From Nitrososphaerota archaeon (GTDB lineage Archaea > Thermoproteota > Nitrososphaeria > Nitrososphaerales > Nitrosopumilaceae): a stretch of 64,000 nt of DNA. Where the stretch lies: positions 708,727 to 772,726 of the forward strand of contig JAGWFT010000001.1 of the NCBI GenBank assembly GCA_028867755.1, written 5' to 3'. The notes under the pieces are model-generated. The model saw nothing but the letters and a program-made list of their open reading frames with translations, searched no databases and was not told the origin of the DNA. Each line of letters opens with the position of its first letter. The first letter of the stretch is position 1. Below, in pieces: positions 1 through 9,844 of this stretch. The position numbers were made by a program, and so were the translations under genes.

Positions 1-319
1 TTATGGCACGTTCGTCGTTTACTGTAGAAAAGTTTCCACGTAATGCAAGGTCTCCATTTTTGAAATCAATTCCAATTCCTATTGATTCTATAACCCCTCT
101 TCCAACATACACTGAATTCTTAAATCTATATCCTAGCATGTTAAAGACAGCAATGTCTGACTGAGGTGCTATTCCCTTTCCTACTGAAATGACCTCACCT
201 ATTGTACCGTTCTTTGCAAGCTTGTCCATGTTTGGAGTCTTGGCATAGTTTAGAGGCGTTGTTCCCTTCAAGTCTGGATGTGGAAGATCCCCTATTCCAT
301 CAAGCAAGACATAGATCAT
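1..319 (-). CDS. apgM: Cofactor-independent phosphoglycerate mutase (N-terminal part; runs off window)
   Basis: Manual translation MIYVLLDGIGDLPHPDLKGTTPLNYAKTPNMDKLAKNG...GIAPQSD matches the archaeal iPGM N-terminus. Start could be slightly upstream (about 343). Confidence 0.85.
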   Translation of the reverse strand, partial: MIYVLLDGIGDLPHPDLKGTTPLNYAKTPNMDKLAKNGTIGEVISVGKGIAPQSDIAVFNMLGYRFKNSVYVGRGVIESIGIGIDFKNGDLALRGNFSTVNDERAI

Positions 320-480
320 GTGAACATTGGAATTGTTTGTAATTTCTATTCTGCCCCATCTTTCGGATTTTTCATATCTTACATAAACCTTGATTTTTTC
401 AAGATGATCTCAATTATCTACTTGTATGAATACGTCAAAAAACACAAGTAGAATGTTCTAATTAATTTGTAGGGAAGAAA

Positions 481-915
481 CTAAGGCACAGATATCTCTC
501 TGAGTTTTATCTTAAAGTTCAATGTCTTTCCTGCTAGGGGATGATTCAGGTCTACTGTTACCATTCCTTCACTAACTGCAGTAATCATAGCAGGCACTTT
601 CTCACCTGTTGGTAGGCCTGCCTCAAAGAGCAACCCAGGTGTAAGCTCTGCCTCTTGTGGAAATACTTCTCTTGGAACTTTTTGCACCAAAGTTGGATCG
701 TGTTGTCCATATGCCTCGGCTGGATGTATGGTGAATTCTTTCTCATCTCCTTCACTCATTCCTACAATTGCATCATCGAATCCTTTTATCACATGTCCTG
801 TTCCAACTTGAAACTCTAATGGCTTTCCATGATCTTCAGAGCTGTCAAAAACTGATCCGTCGTCGAGTTTTCCAACATAATCTACTTTTACTTTATCTCC
901 AGTTTTTACAGTCAA
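481..915 (-). CDS. slyD: FKBP-type peptidyl-prolyl isomerase (SlyD-like)
   Basis: GDKVKVDYVG..DG.VFDSS, GTGHVIKGFD and VDLNHPLAGKTLNF motifs. Confidence 0.93.
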   Translation of the reverse strand: MTVKTGDKVKVDYVGKLDDGSVFDSSEDHGKPLEFQVGTGHVIKGFDDAIVGMSEGDEKEFTIHPAEAYGQHDPTLVQKVPREVFPQEAELTPGLLFEAGLPTGEKVPAMITAVSEGMVTVDLNHPLAGKTLNFKIKLREISVP

Positions 916-1035
916 TCCAATGTCCTCCTATTCTGTATGCAAAAAAATTCTATATTGTAGGTAAATATGTATTTCATATCTGTTTTGTAATAGTATGATA
1001 GAAAAATCCTTTGGTTGTTATGCATTGCTAATGTG

Positions 1036-1593
1036 TCATCCTTCCTGTAATGGAAATTGCTTTGCAAGATCCTCTGCAAGTTTTTCATAAGATTCTCTTG
1101 TCTTGCCGATCTCCTTGAGCTTTTCTGATTCTACATTTGCAAGCTCGGTGTTTACTCTATCTGTATCATTTCGCAGAGCCATCTCTGCCATTTCAAACAA
1201 ACGATTATTCTCCTTCCAAATATGCTGTACGAGATGATTGATGTATTCCTGCATGTCTGTAATCAACTGGGTAGCGCTACCTGTGGTAACATATGTCTTA
1301 GAAGACTCTTCCATTCTTGCAGCCAACTTTCGAGTTAATGTGTGCTCCATTAACATAATTGCTATTGGTCCGCTTTCTTTTGACATGCCCTTTTTTTCAA
1401 GTTCTGGAAAGAGCGATTTTTCTTCTTTCCCATGATGACACACATCAGTAAAGTTTTTTGTAAAATCAATGACTTGTGAAATTACAGGCTCTGGTATGGT
1501 CTTTCCACTCTGCAAAAGCGGAATGGTTGCCCACATGGCCTTTAACACCTTCTCTATTAGTGCATGATCCCGTCTTAGTGATTCAGTTGACAT
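1036..1593 (-). CDS. Hemerythrin (HHE) domain protein
   Basis: DH...HHGKEE..LFP...EH...HIWKEN diiron ligands. ATG at 1593 preferred over the track start at 1605. Confidence 0.85.
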   Translation of the reverse strand: MSTESLRRDHALIEKVLKAMWATIPLLQSGKTIPEPVISQVIDFTKNFTDVCHHGKEEKSLFPELEKKGMSKESGPIAIMLMEHTLTRKLAARMEESSKTYVTTGSATQLITDMQEYINHLVQHIWKENNRLFEMAEMALRNDTDRVNTELANVESEKLKEIGKTRESYEKLAEDLAKQFPLQEG

Positions 1594-1859
1594 CTGATTT
1601 TGCACATATTCTGTTCCAATTTAAGCGTAATTTTCATCATGCCAGAAATATATTTCCCTAGTATGTTTGTTTATTTCTTACAAACTAGATAATATCAGTG
1701 ATCAGTTTGTCAGCATGATGATGGCATGAATTTGATGCTTGCTTTTACATTTTTAAATAAAAAAGATCTACCATGTCTTTTAGATCAACTTTTGACATTG
1801 AATCGCTATCTCGATCATTGAAAAGGTTTTAACTCAGCAGATCGGGAGTTTAGCAGTAT

Positions 1860-2876
1860 ATGGGGGATCTTCGCAAGGACTATGTCGTTGATAAATTTGT
1901 AATTGTTTCTCAAGATAATCACAGTGCTAGTGATTCAAAAAAGTGTCCCTACTGTCCAGGAAATGAATCCATGACAAATCCATCTTCACTTTCTCTTGTT
2001 GCAAAGGATGGTATGTTACAAAGACTTCAAGATAGTGAAGATTACTATGTGAAAGACTGGTCAGTTAGAGTCTTTGAAAGTAAGAATCCTGTAGTTGCCA
2101 CCACATCAGAGAATTCTTACAGTGACAGACCACTTTATAGCGAACCAGCTTACGGTTATCACTACATCGTAGTTGCATCTGAGAAACACAAAGACTCACT
2201 TGCTAGCATACCAGTTGAACAGTGGTCTAATGTTTTAGTTGTAATTCAGGATAGGCTTAGGTGGTTGTACACACAAAGGGGAGTAACCTATGTCTCAATC
2301 TATGTAAACCATGGGAAAGAAGCTGGCAGTCCAATTATTCACCCACATCTCAACGTAGTTACGTTTTCTACAATTCCTCCTGTAATAGAATTGGAGGCAG
2401 AGGCTGCGCATAAGATTCTAAATGAAAAAGGCATATGCCCAATGTGTCAAACCGTAAGCACTGAAACAGGCGGACCAAGGCAGATACTGCAGACTGAAGG
2501 ATTTTTGGCGTTTTGCCCATGGGCTCCATCTCATCCATATGAATTTTGGATATATCCAAAAAAGCACACAACGAGCTTTTCAAAAATAACTCAAAAGGAA
2601 ATAAATGACCTTTCTTTGATCTTGAGGGCAACTCTTGGCGGTCTTGCTAATACAATGAAGAATGCAGCATATAATATGGTGTTTCATCTCTCACCTGAAA
2701 AGAAAAACAACAGACAGATTCACTGGCACATTGAAGTGTATCCACAGTCTGATTCTTGGTCTGGTCTTGAAAGAGGATATGGAGTCTTCTTGAACAAAAT
2801 AACTCCAGAAAAAGCTGCAGAGGAGCTCGGTGCCTCTTGCAGAAAAGAGCTTGCAGGTCTAGTTGGAATAGTATAG
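1860..2876 (+). CDS. galT: Galactose-1-phosphate uridylyltransferase family protein
   Basis: CPYCPGNE, NHGKEAGSPIIHPH (HxH), CPMC and HWHIEVYP motifs. Confidence 0.88.
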   Translation: MGDLRKDYVVDKFVIVSQDNHSASDSKKCPYCPGNESMTNPSSLSLVAKDGMLQRLQDSEDYYVKDWSVRVFESKNPVVATTSENSYSDRPLYSEPAYGYHYIVVASEKHKDSLASIPVEQWSNVLVVIQDRLRWLYTQRGVTYVSIYVNHGKEAGSPIIHPHLNVVTFSTIPPVIELEAEAAHKILNEKGICPMCQTVSTETGGPRQILQTEGFLAFCPWAPSHPYEFWIYPKKHTTSFSKITQKEINDLSLILRATLGGLANTMKNAAYNMVFHLSPEKKNNRQIHWHIEVYPQSDSWSGLERGYGVFLNKITPEKAAEELGASCRKELAGLVGIV

Positions 2877-2918
2877 CTAATCATTTGGTTTATTTATTGA
2901 CATAAATCAAGAATAATT

Positions 2919-3347
2919 GTGGCAGTTGAAAAATGGGTTGCTGCAGCAAGTTTGGGAATGTTTGTATTGTTTGCAGCTGAAATGATATCGATAGCGCATT
3001 TTCTAAAAAATCCGTCATACGATGTTGATCCCTCATCAATGGTTAGAGAATTTATTTCAATTAGTGGAGCACCAGCGTTGATACTTGCAGGATCTTCATT
3101 TTTGTTGGCACGCAGATACGGTTCAATACTTTGTGGGTCTCTTATTGTTGCAGGAGGAGTTGCAACATTAATTGGAATGAACTATGTCAATACTCTTGTG
3201 CCACAAATTGCTCCAGCATATCTAGTTGAAGAACTATCTATTACTCCAACTTTATTCATGGTAGTATCAGTACCTGTAATGATAGTTGGTGGGCTTTTAT
3301 TTCGCTTAAAGCCAAGACCAAAAAGAGACTACTTTTTTGACCGATGA
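2919..3347 (+). CDS. Conserved membrane protein (about 4 TM)
   Basis: Hydrophobic ORF with coding-like composition. Confidence 0.7.
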   Translation: MAVEKWVAAASLGMFVLFAAEMISIAHFLKNPSYDVDPSSMVREFISISGAPALILAGSSFLLARRYGSILCGSLIVAGGVATLIGMNYVNTLVPQIAPAYLVEELSITPTLFMVVSVPVMIVGGLLFRLKPRPKRDYFFDR

Positions 3348-3775
3348 TCAAATCTCATTGAATTAGAATGCAACTTGAACCCTAATTTTTTATAAAAAGG
3401 AATCAGGTCATCTGTGCAATCAAGAATGGTTTTGTAACAACCGTGTTTTTGTGCATACTCTAATAACGCACGCACTATTTTCTGACCAATCCCCTTCCCT
3501 TGGAATTCCCTTGCCACCACGACGTCTTCTATGTGGCCAACCTTTCCTCCATCATGGATGAATTTTTGCTCGATTATGATGCTTGCTGCGCCTACGATCT
3601 TAGAATCCATGACTGCGACATATACTATCTCATTTGGATTTCCAGAAATTCTATCAAATACTACCTGCGCCTTTTTTGGACTCATACTACTTGTCTTCCT
3701 AAGAGAATCAAGAGAATGCAGAAATCCATTGGATAGGTCTTTTTTCTGGAGCTTGCGTATCTTGATTTCAGTCAT
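3329..3775 (-). CDS. GNAT acetyltransferase, glucosamine-6-phosphate N-acetyltransferase (GNA1)-like
   Basis: IEQKFIH.GGKVGHIEDVVV, QGKGIG and GCYKTILDC..FY.KLGF are GNA1-type signatures. Confidence 0.85.
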   Translation of the reverse strand: MTEIKIRKLQKKDLSNGFLHSLDSLRKTSSMSPKKAQVVFDRISGNPNEIVYVAVMDSKIVGAASIIIEQKFIHDGGKVGHIEDVVVAREFQGKGIGQKIVRALLEYAQKHGCYKTILDCTDDLIPFYKKLGFKLHSNSMRFDHRSKK

Positions 3776-3784
3776 GGTTTAGAG

Positions 3785-4486
3785 CTAAATCTGACCAAGT
3801 CTTTCCAAATAATGTTGATATGCACGCCTATAGGACGCTTTGTCTCCGATATCGATAAATCCCTTCTTAATTGGATATCCACTTACTTTGTTTTTCTTGG
3901 ATAGCGCACTACGAATAACAAGATCCATTCCATATGGCTTGTTTTCTGGGATTAGTTCAAAAATTTCTGGTTCCATGACATAACATCCAATATTGATATT
4001 TCCTTTCACGTCTGGTTTCTCTTTCCATGCTTTCACTCGATTTGTCTTATCTGTCTCTATGAATCCGTATGGAAGCTTGGTCTTGTATTCAAACAATCCC
4101 ATTGTTACAAAGGCTTTCTTTCTTCTGTGATAATCAATCATGTTCTTCAAACTAAACTCAAAAATTGAATCGCCATATACACAAACAAAAGTGTCATCAA
4201 TAAATTCTTGTGCAGTCTTCAATTGGCCTGCTGTTGCAAGCGGTCTATTTGCAACTGCATATTCGATTTTCACACCAAATCTACTTCCGTCCTCAAAATA
4301 ATCTTCTATCGTTTTTCTCAAGTAACTTACACACAGGACAAACGAATCAATACCATTGCTCTTTATCCAATCAATCAAATGTTCCAAGAGTGGTTTCTCT
4401 CCAAGTGGAAGCATAGCTTTTGGCAGAAATGTAGTGTACGGTTGTAGTCGTGTTCCAAGCCCTCCTGCCAAGATTACGGCCTTCAT
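3785..4486 (-). CDS. Sugar-phosphate nucleotidyltransferase (NTP_transferase family)
   Basis: AVILAGGLGTRL.P.T..LPK motif. Confidence 0.9.
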   Translation of the reverse strand: MKAVILAGGLGTRLQPYTTFLPKAMLPLGEKPLLEHLIDWIKSNGIDSFVLCVSYLRKTIEDYFEDGSRFGVKIEYAVANRPLATAGQLKTAQEFIDDTFVCVYGDSIFEFSLKNMIDYHRRKKAFVTMGLFEYKTKLPYGFIETDKTNRVKAWKEKPDVKGNINIGCYVMEPEIFELIPENKPYGMDLVIRSALSKKNKVSGYPIKKGFIDIGDKASYRRAYQHYLERLGQI

Positions 4487-4534
4487 GAGATCTAGTCTAA
4501 GAATGTAGTATTTATTTTGAAGGATGAAGATATT

Positions 4535-5836
4535 CTACCCCATCTTGACAAGCTTTGTCAAGACATTCTTTGGGGTTTTTCCAAATATCAAGATCATAGG
4601 TTCCTTTCCAATGTCTCCTGTATGGTATATGATATCTGGAGGGTTTCCAAATTTTGCAATTGCATTTTTTATCCCCCATGATATTGTTTTTCCTTCCATA
4701 TTTTTGGTACCATGTGATTCTAGGGCTCTATCATAATGTGAGACGCGAAACCTCTTTGCAATTGCTTTTTTGATTGTCTTATCTTCATATTTGATATTTA
4801 TGGCAGATCTTATTGTGGGGAATTTTCTTGCCATCTCTAAAATTGCATTAGCCACATGTCTTGAACCACCATACTTGAGTATACCTGTCACGATAACCTG
4901 TCTTCCTGTCTTGACTATGCGCCCCTCAAGTCCAAGTATATCGAAAATTGATTCTGGATTAGGTTTGGAAAACACAAAATTCGTCTGTACCTCTGGTATG
5001 TACCTGTGAACTTCTTTGATAGCAACAAATTGGTTTATGGCCATAGAAAGCTCGTCTTCTATACTATCTGTATTTTTTTGTCTAACAATAACAAGACCCT
5101 TTCCTACTTTTGTGGCATTCTTGATGGATTCAAACGAGATCTTTTGTGCAAGCCTTGAAGACTCGGATAATGTTTTTCCTTTAGCTAGATACACACAAAG
5201 TGCTGCAGAAAATGTACATCCACCGCCATGACTACCTCTTGAGAGTTTCTTTTGAGAAAATGTGTGAAACTTCTTTTTTTCAAGCAAAAGGTCTGTAACT
5301 TTGTCACCTTGCATGTGACCTCCTTTTATTATGACATTTTTTGCACCCATGGAATTTATTTTCAGAGTTGCTTTTTTTGCATCATTTAATGATTTGATTT
5401 TCATATTTGTCATCTTTTCTGCCTCTGGCACATTTGGTGTTATGACATATGCAAGAGGTATCAACAGTTTCTTGAAATCTGAAAAAGCATCATCTAGAAG
5501 AAGTGTACCTCCAGTAGTTGACTCAAAAATAGGATCAAGTACGATAGGAATCTCTAGATCTTTCATCTCAGAATGAATTACTCTTATGGTTTTTTTATCA
5601 TAAACCATACCTATCTTGATTGCATCAATAGTAAAATCTGACAGGATTGATCTTATCTGACTCTTGATAATTTCAGATGAGACAGGCTCTGATTTGAAAA
5701 ACTTGGAAGAGTTCTGACTTGTTAATGCAGTGATTACAGTAAGCCCGTATGCCCCAAGAGATGTGAATGTCTTTATATCTCCTTGAATACCGGCTCCAGA
5801 AGACGGATCAGAACCTGCTATGGATAACACATTCAT
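4535..5836 (-). CDS. thiD: Bifunctional HMP/HMP-P kinase ThiD fused to ThiN thiamine-phosphate synthase domain
   Basis: IAGSDPSSGAGIQGDIKT and HGGGCTFS motifs; C-terminal ThiN (IPEVQTN, GGSRHVA, GKEPM). Confidence 0.93.
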   Translation of the reverse strand: MNVLSIAGSDPSSGAGIQGDIKTFTSLGAYGLTVITALTSQNSSKFFKSEPVSSEIIKSQIRSILSDFTIDAIKIGMVYDKKTIRVIHSEMKDLEIPIVLDPIFESTTGGTLLLDDAFSDFKKLLIPLAYVITPNVPEAEKMTNMKIKSLNDAKKATLKINSMGAKNVIIKGGHMQGDKVTDLLLEKKKFHTFSQKKLSRGSHGGGCTFSAALCVYLAKGKTLSESSRLAQKISFESIKNATKVGKGLVIVRQKNTDSIEDELSMAINQFVAIKEVHRYIPEVQTNFVFSKPNPESIFDILGLEGRIVKTGRQVIVTGILKYGGSRHVANAILEMARKFPTIRSAINIKYEDKTIKKAIAKRFRVSHYDRALESHGTKNMEGKTISWGIKNAIAKFGNPPDIIYHTGDIGKEPMILIFGKTPKNVLTKLVKMG

Positions 5837-5891
5837 GATGGTATGATAGGAAACTCACGTTTAAATTCAATCGATTGGTAAAAAAGGTAAA

Positions 5892-7232
5892 TTGGGAACA
5901 CAAATGAGCGCTGCCCGTAGGGGCATTGCCACAGAGGAAATGAAAACAGTGGCAAAAGAAGAAGATGTGACTTTGGATTGGCTCATTCCAAAGATAGCAA
6001 ATGGTTCCATTATAATTCCGCATAACAATATCAGACCGCAAAAAATTCATGTGGTAGGAATTGGCAAAGGGATGAAAACAAAGGTAAATGTCAACATTGG
6101 TAACTCTACTTTAAATCAGAATTTAGATGAGGAAATAAAGAAGGCCAAAGTTGCTGTAAAATACCATTCTGACACTATAATGGATCTGAGCGATGGAGGA
6201 GATGTAGGAATTTTCAGAAGGACATTGCTTGAGGCAGCTCCAATAACATTTGGTACAGTTCCAGTATACGAGGCTTACAATTACGGTGTGGAAAAACACA
6301 AGAACCCGCTTGATATCACTGAAGATGATTTTCTTAATGCGTTTGAACATAACATAAAAGATGGTGTAGATTACACCACCATACATTCTGGTATTACAAA
6401 AGATATTGCAAAAAGAATTCTGGCAGTAAAAAGACACGGAGGAATAGTAAGCAAGGGCGGTACTATCACCGCTGCATGGATGCTAAAATATGACAAGGAA
6501 AACCCGTACTATGAACATTTTGATTATCTCATTGAACTGGCAAGGCAATATGATGTTACTTTTAGCTTGGGTGATGCCTTAAGGCCTGGCTCAATACTTG
6601 ATTCACATGATGAATTACAAATTCAGGAGATGATTAACGTATCACGTCTAACAAAAAGGGCTCATGAAAAAGATGTGCAGGTAATGGTAGAAGGTCCAGG
6701 CCATGTGCCTCTAAATGAAGTTGCTGCAAATGTCAGGCTAGCAAAGTCCCTTATTGGTGATGTTCCGTATTATGTCTTAGGTCCACTTGTAACTGATGTG
6801 GCGTCAGGTCATGATCATATTGCTAGTGCCATAGGTGCAGCAATATCTGCAAGCGAAGGAGTGGATTTGTTATGTTATCTTACTCCAGCAGAGCACTTGG
6901 CTTTGCCTAATGCTGAGGAAGTAAAAGCAGGATTAATTGCATATAGAATTGCAGCACATGCTGCAGACCTTGTCAAACTAAGAGACAAAGCAATCAAGTG
7001 GGATATGGAAATGACAGAGGCTAGACGAACACTTAACTGGGAAAAACAAATTGCATTATCAATTGACCCTGAAGAAGCAGCAAGAATTCATGCAAGAACA
7101 GGTCAGCTCAGAGGAAACACAGTTCCATGTACCATGTGCGGAGGAGCTTGTGTCTACATCATGCTTCCACAGCAAAGATATGCTAAGTCCGATGAATCAA
7201 AAGAAGAAGAAAAACTACAACAAGATAGCTAG
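5892..7232 (+). CDS. thiC: Phosphomethylpyrimidine synthase
   Basis: DTIMDLS, SLGDALRPG, EGPGH, LCYLTPAEHL and C-terminal CTMCGGAC. Confidence 0.96.
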   Translation: MGTQMSAARRGIATEEMKTVAKEEDVTLDWLIPKIANGSIIIPHNNIRPQKIHVVGIGKGMKTKVNVNIGNSTLNQNLDEEIKKAKVAVKYHSDTIMDLSDGGDVGIFRRTLLEAAPITFGTVPVYEAYNYGVEKHKNPLDITEDDFLNAFEHNIKDGVDYTTIHSGITKDIAKRILAVKRHGGIVSKGGTITAAWMLKYDKENPYYEHFDYLIELARQYDVTFSLGDALRPGSILDSHDELQIQEMINVSRLTKRAHEKDVQVMVEGPGHVPLNEVAANVRLAKSLIGDVPYYVLGPLVTDVASGHDHIASAIGAAISASEGVDLLCYLTPAEHLALPNAEEVKAGLIAYRIAAHAADLVKLRDKAIKWDMEMTEARRTLNWEKQIALSIDPEEAARIHARTGQLRGNTVPCTMCGGACVYIMLPQQRYAKSDESKEEEKLQQDS

Positions 7233-7619
7233 AACTTTTTCAAGACTTGGTACTGTTTGGTACTGTGTTATGTCTGAAGAGTTTATCCATCTGTATTCTT
7301 GGTTTTCCCAGTTTAGAGTAATGTTGACATCTTGTACAGAAAACAAGAAAGGGAAAATTAGCCATTCGTGATTTGCATACTGGGGAGAATCTGCCCGAAT
7401 TTGCGGTCCTGACTTGAGAAGAGTGATCTTGTCTTCTGTTATACCTGTTTCCTCCAGTATCTCCTTCTTTGCTCTGTAGATTGGCTCCTCATCACCCTCT
7501 ATAATTCCCGATATTCCTGCCCAAAGGCCCTTCATGGATCTGACTTTATCGCTGCGTTTTAAAATGAGACACTTGTCGCTGTGAATTAAAAAGGAAGTAA
7601 CGATTCTTGTGGAATTCAA
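7215..7619 (-). CDS. NUDIX hydrolase
   Basis: GIIEGDEEPIYRAKKEILEETG Nudix box. Confidence 0.88.
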   Translation of the reverse strand: MNSTRIVTSFLIHSDKCLILKRSDKVRSMKGLWAGISGIIEGDEEPIYRAKKEILEETGITEDKITLLKSGPQIRADSPQYANHEWLIFPFLFSVQDVNITLNWENQEYRWINSSDITQYQTVPSLEKVLAILL

Positions 7620-8474
7620 CTATTTTTCAACAGCATTTACCATGGATACCAACTTTTTGTATGCATCATCCATATCCACGTTCTTTGCGAGTCTCTCTTT
7701 TGCACTTCCAACATATTTTAGAATCTCTTCGGTTCTATTTTCTTGTATTAAAATAAGCATTCTTCCTATGTCTTTCCAAAACTCTTCTGCGTATTTTCTA
7801 ATTTCTGGATTTGAAATGATAGTCTCAATAAGTTCAGGTGATTCAGTCATGATTCCTGCAGTGAGAAGCTTTTGTGCCTTGAAAGTAGTACCTGACATCT
7901 TTTCAACCAGTGAAAAGTTTTCTTCTTTTGCAAGTATATTGGCAAGAGACAAGTTTACTAAATGAGTCATGCCTAATATTATTGCAATCTTTTTGTCATG
8001 CTCTGTGGCGTCTATCTGTACAAAACTTGCTTCAGGAAACAATAATTTTGCTACAGCAAGCTCTTTTTTTGCATCACGAATTGGAATGGAAATTATGTTT
8101 TGACCCTTTAGTTTCTTTGTTCCAGGACCAAACATGGGATGCATGCAAACCGGATTTACCTTGTCTGGAATTTTTGATAGGGCAGCTGCAGTTTTCAGCT
8201 TGAGCGAAGATATGTCGATAAGATATGAGTCTCTTCTCATCTCTTTTGCAATCAATCTCACAGTTTCTGGAGTGCGTTTGACTGGAATACACAAGATGAC
8301 ATAATCTGCAGGTAGTATTGCACCAACTAGAGACTGTGCCTTTGTAATTGACTTGTTTGAGATCTCTTTTTCAGAATCATAGCCAATTACATCGTAACCT
8401 TTCTCGAGAAAATACTTTGTGAACCATTTGCCCATCTGTCCTTCTGAACCGATTATTGCTATTTTCTTCTTCAT
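7620..8474 (-). CDS. tyrA: Prephenate/arogenate dehydrogenase
   Basis: IAIIGSEGQMG Rossmann motif, DISSLK, HPMFGP, EHD. Confidence 0.9.
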   Translation of the reverse strand: MKKKIAIIGSEGQMGKWFTKYFLEKGYDVIGYDSEKEISNKSITKAQSLVGAILPADYVILCIPVKRTPETVRLIAKEMRRDSYLIDISSLKLKTAAALSKIPDKVNPVCMHPMFGPGTKKLKGQNIISIPIRDAKKELAVAKLLFPEASFVQIDATEHDKKIAIILGMTHLVNLSLANILAKEENFSLVEKMSGTTFKAQKLLTAGIMTESPELIETIISNPEIRKYAEEFWKDIGRMLILIQENRTEEILKYVGSAKERLAKNVDMDDAYKKLVSMVNAVEK

Positions 8475-9841
8475 TTTTCTGTCCTCATCACTTCTTCTAT
8501 TATCTTCATTCCGTGGTTAAGTGTTTCTTCTGGCTGACAAGCAGATATTCTGATAAATCCTTGATAATTTCCAAATCCATTACCAGGTGCTACGGCTACG
8601 CCATAATCTAAAAGCTTGTTTGTAAACTCGACAGAGTCAAAATGTAGTTTTTTTACCTTGACAAAGAGGTACATGGCACCATCTGGTTCTACAAATTCAA
8701 TTTCCATGTTCTTTGCTTTTTTTATCACAGCCTCTAGTCTAGCTTTAATGGTTTTAGTGTTATCTGTAGTATCAGCTTCGAGGGCTTTCATGGCTACATA
8801 TTGGATTGGCTCTGACACATTTGTCATGGCTAGTGCCTGCAGTTTTGCCATCTTGTCTATTATCTCAGGACTAGATACGGTATATCCTATCCTAAATCCA
8901 GTCATTGCATGAGACTTGGAAAAAGACTGGGTCACAATTGACTTGTTGTACCTGTAGGACAGGACGCTCTTCCAATTTTTGAATGCGTATGAAGAATAAA
9001 TCTCGTCACTTAGCACATGGAGATCATGTTTTATTGAAATACTCATTATCTGGTCTAGCATCTTTTCAGGAAGTATCTTTCCTGTGGGATTATTTGGATA
9101 GTTTAGTACTATCATCCTTGTATTTTGATTAATTGCATTTTCAATCTCTTCAATCTTAGGCTCCCATCTTTGTTCTAGGCTTGTGTGAATAGTTCTAACT
9201 TTGACTCCTGAATTCAGAGCGTTGTCTCTGTATGCAGGCCACGCAGGCTCTATTATTATGATCTCATTTCCTGGATTGAGCATGGTAGAGATTGCAAGAA
9301 AGATTGAAAATCTTGCACCGGGGGAGACAAGAATATTTTGTGGACTTGTCTTGGCCCCAAATGTATCTGTGACATGGTTTGCAAGAGCTTCTCTAAATTC
9401 TATCATTCCTTTTGAATCTCCGTACTTTGTGTATCCCATGTCATAAACTTGAGAGAGTGCATTGCTAACTATTTTTGGTGGTAGGAAATCTGGTTCTCCT
9501 ACCTCCATGTGGATTATTTTCTTTCCCTGTTTCTCTAATGTCTTTGCCTTTAAGAACACTGAAAGATGTGTCTGTTTATCCGTTGATTGTATCTTGACAG
9601 ATTCGGTTAATAGAAAATTTAACATTGTAAGACCAATTTTTTCATCAAGGTCAATCTCTTTACACAATGAAAGAACCTTTGTTCTAAGATGACTTTCTCT
9701 TTCTTCATCTGTTACGCCAAGTCCGAGGTTATTTTTGAGATTACCAATTTCTTTTGCAACATCGTTTCTTTCTCTTAATAACTTTAGCATATCAATTGTT
9801 ATCTTGTCTATCTTATCGCGCAGCTTGTCAATGTCTGACAT
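8471..9841 (-). CDS. Chorismate mutase type II fused to class I/II PLP aminotransferase
   Basis: N-terminal LRDKID..LL.ER...IG.LK...D.ERE (CM_2); then GEPDF, NYPNNPTG, DEIY, SFSKSHAMTGFRIG. Confidence 0.88.
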   Translation of the reverse strand: MSDIDKLRDKIDKITIDMLKLLRERNDVAKEIGNLKNNLGLGVTDEERESHLRTKVLSLCKEIDLDEKIGLTMLNFLLTESVKIQSTDKQTHLSVFLKAKTLEKQGKKIIHMEVGEPDFLPPKIVSNALSQVYDMGYTKYGDSKGMIEFREALANHVTDTFGAKTSPQNILVSPGARFSIFLAISTMLNPGNEIIIIEPAWPAYRDNALNSGVKVRTIHTSLEQRWEPKIEEIENAINQNTRMIVLNYPNNPTGKILPEKMLDQIMSISIKHDLHVLSDEIYSSYAFKNWKSVLSYRYNKSIVTQSFSKSHAMTGFRIGYTVSSPEIIDKMAKLQALAMTNVSEPIQYVAMKALEADTTDNTKTIKARLEAVIKKAKNMEIEFVEPDGAMYLFVKVKKLHFDSVEFTNKLLDYGVAVAPGNGFGNYQGFIRISACQPEETLNHGMKIIEEVMRTEK

Positions 9842-9844
9842 TTC

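Noticed and set aside
5837-5891. TPP riboswitch between thiDN and thiC
   Set aside because: Only 55 bp of AT-rich sequence with no riboswitch core.
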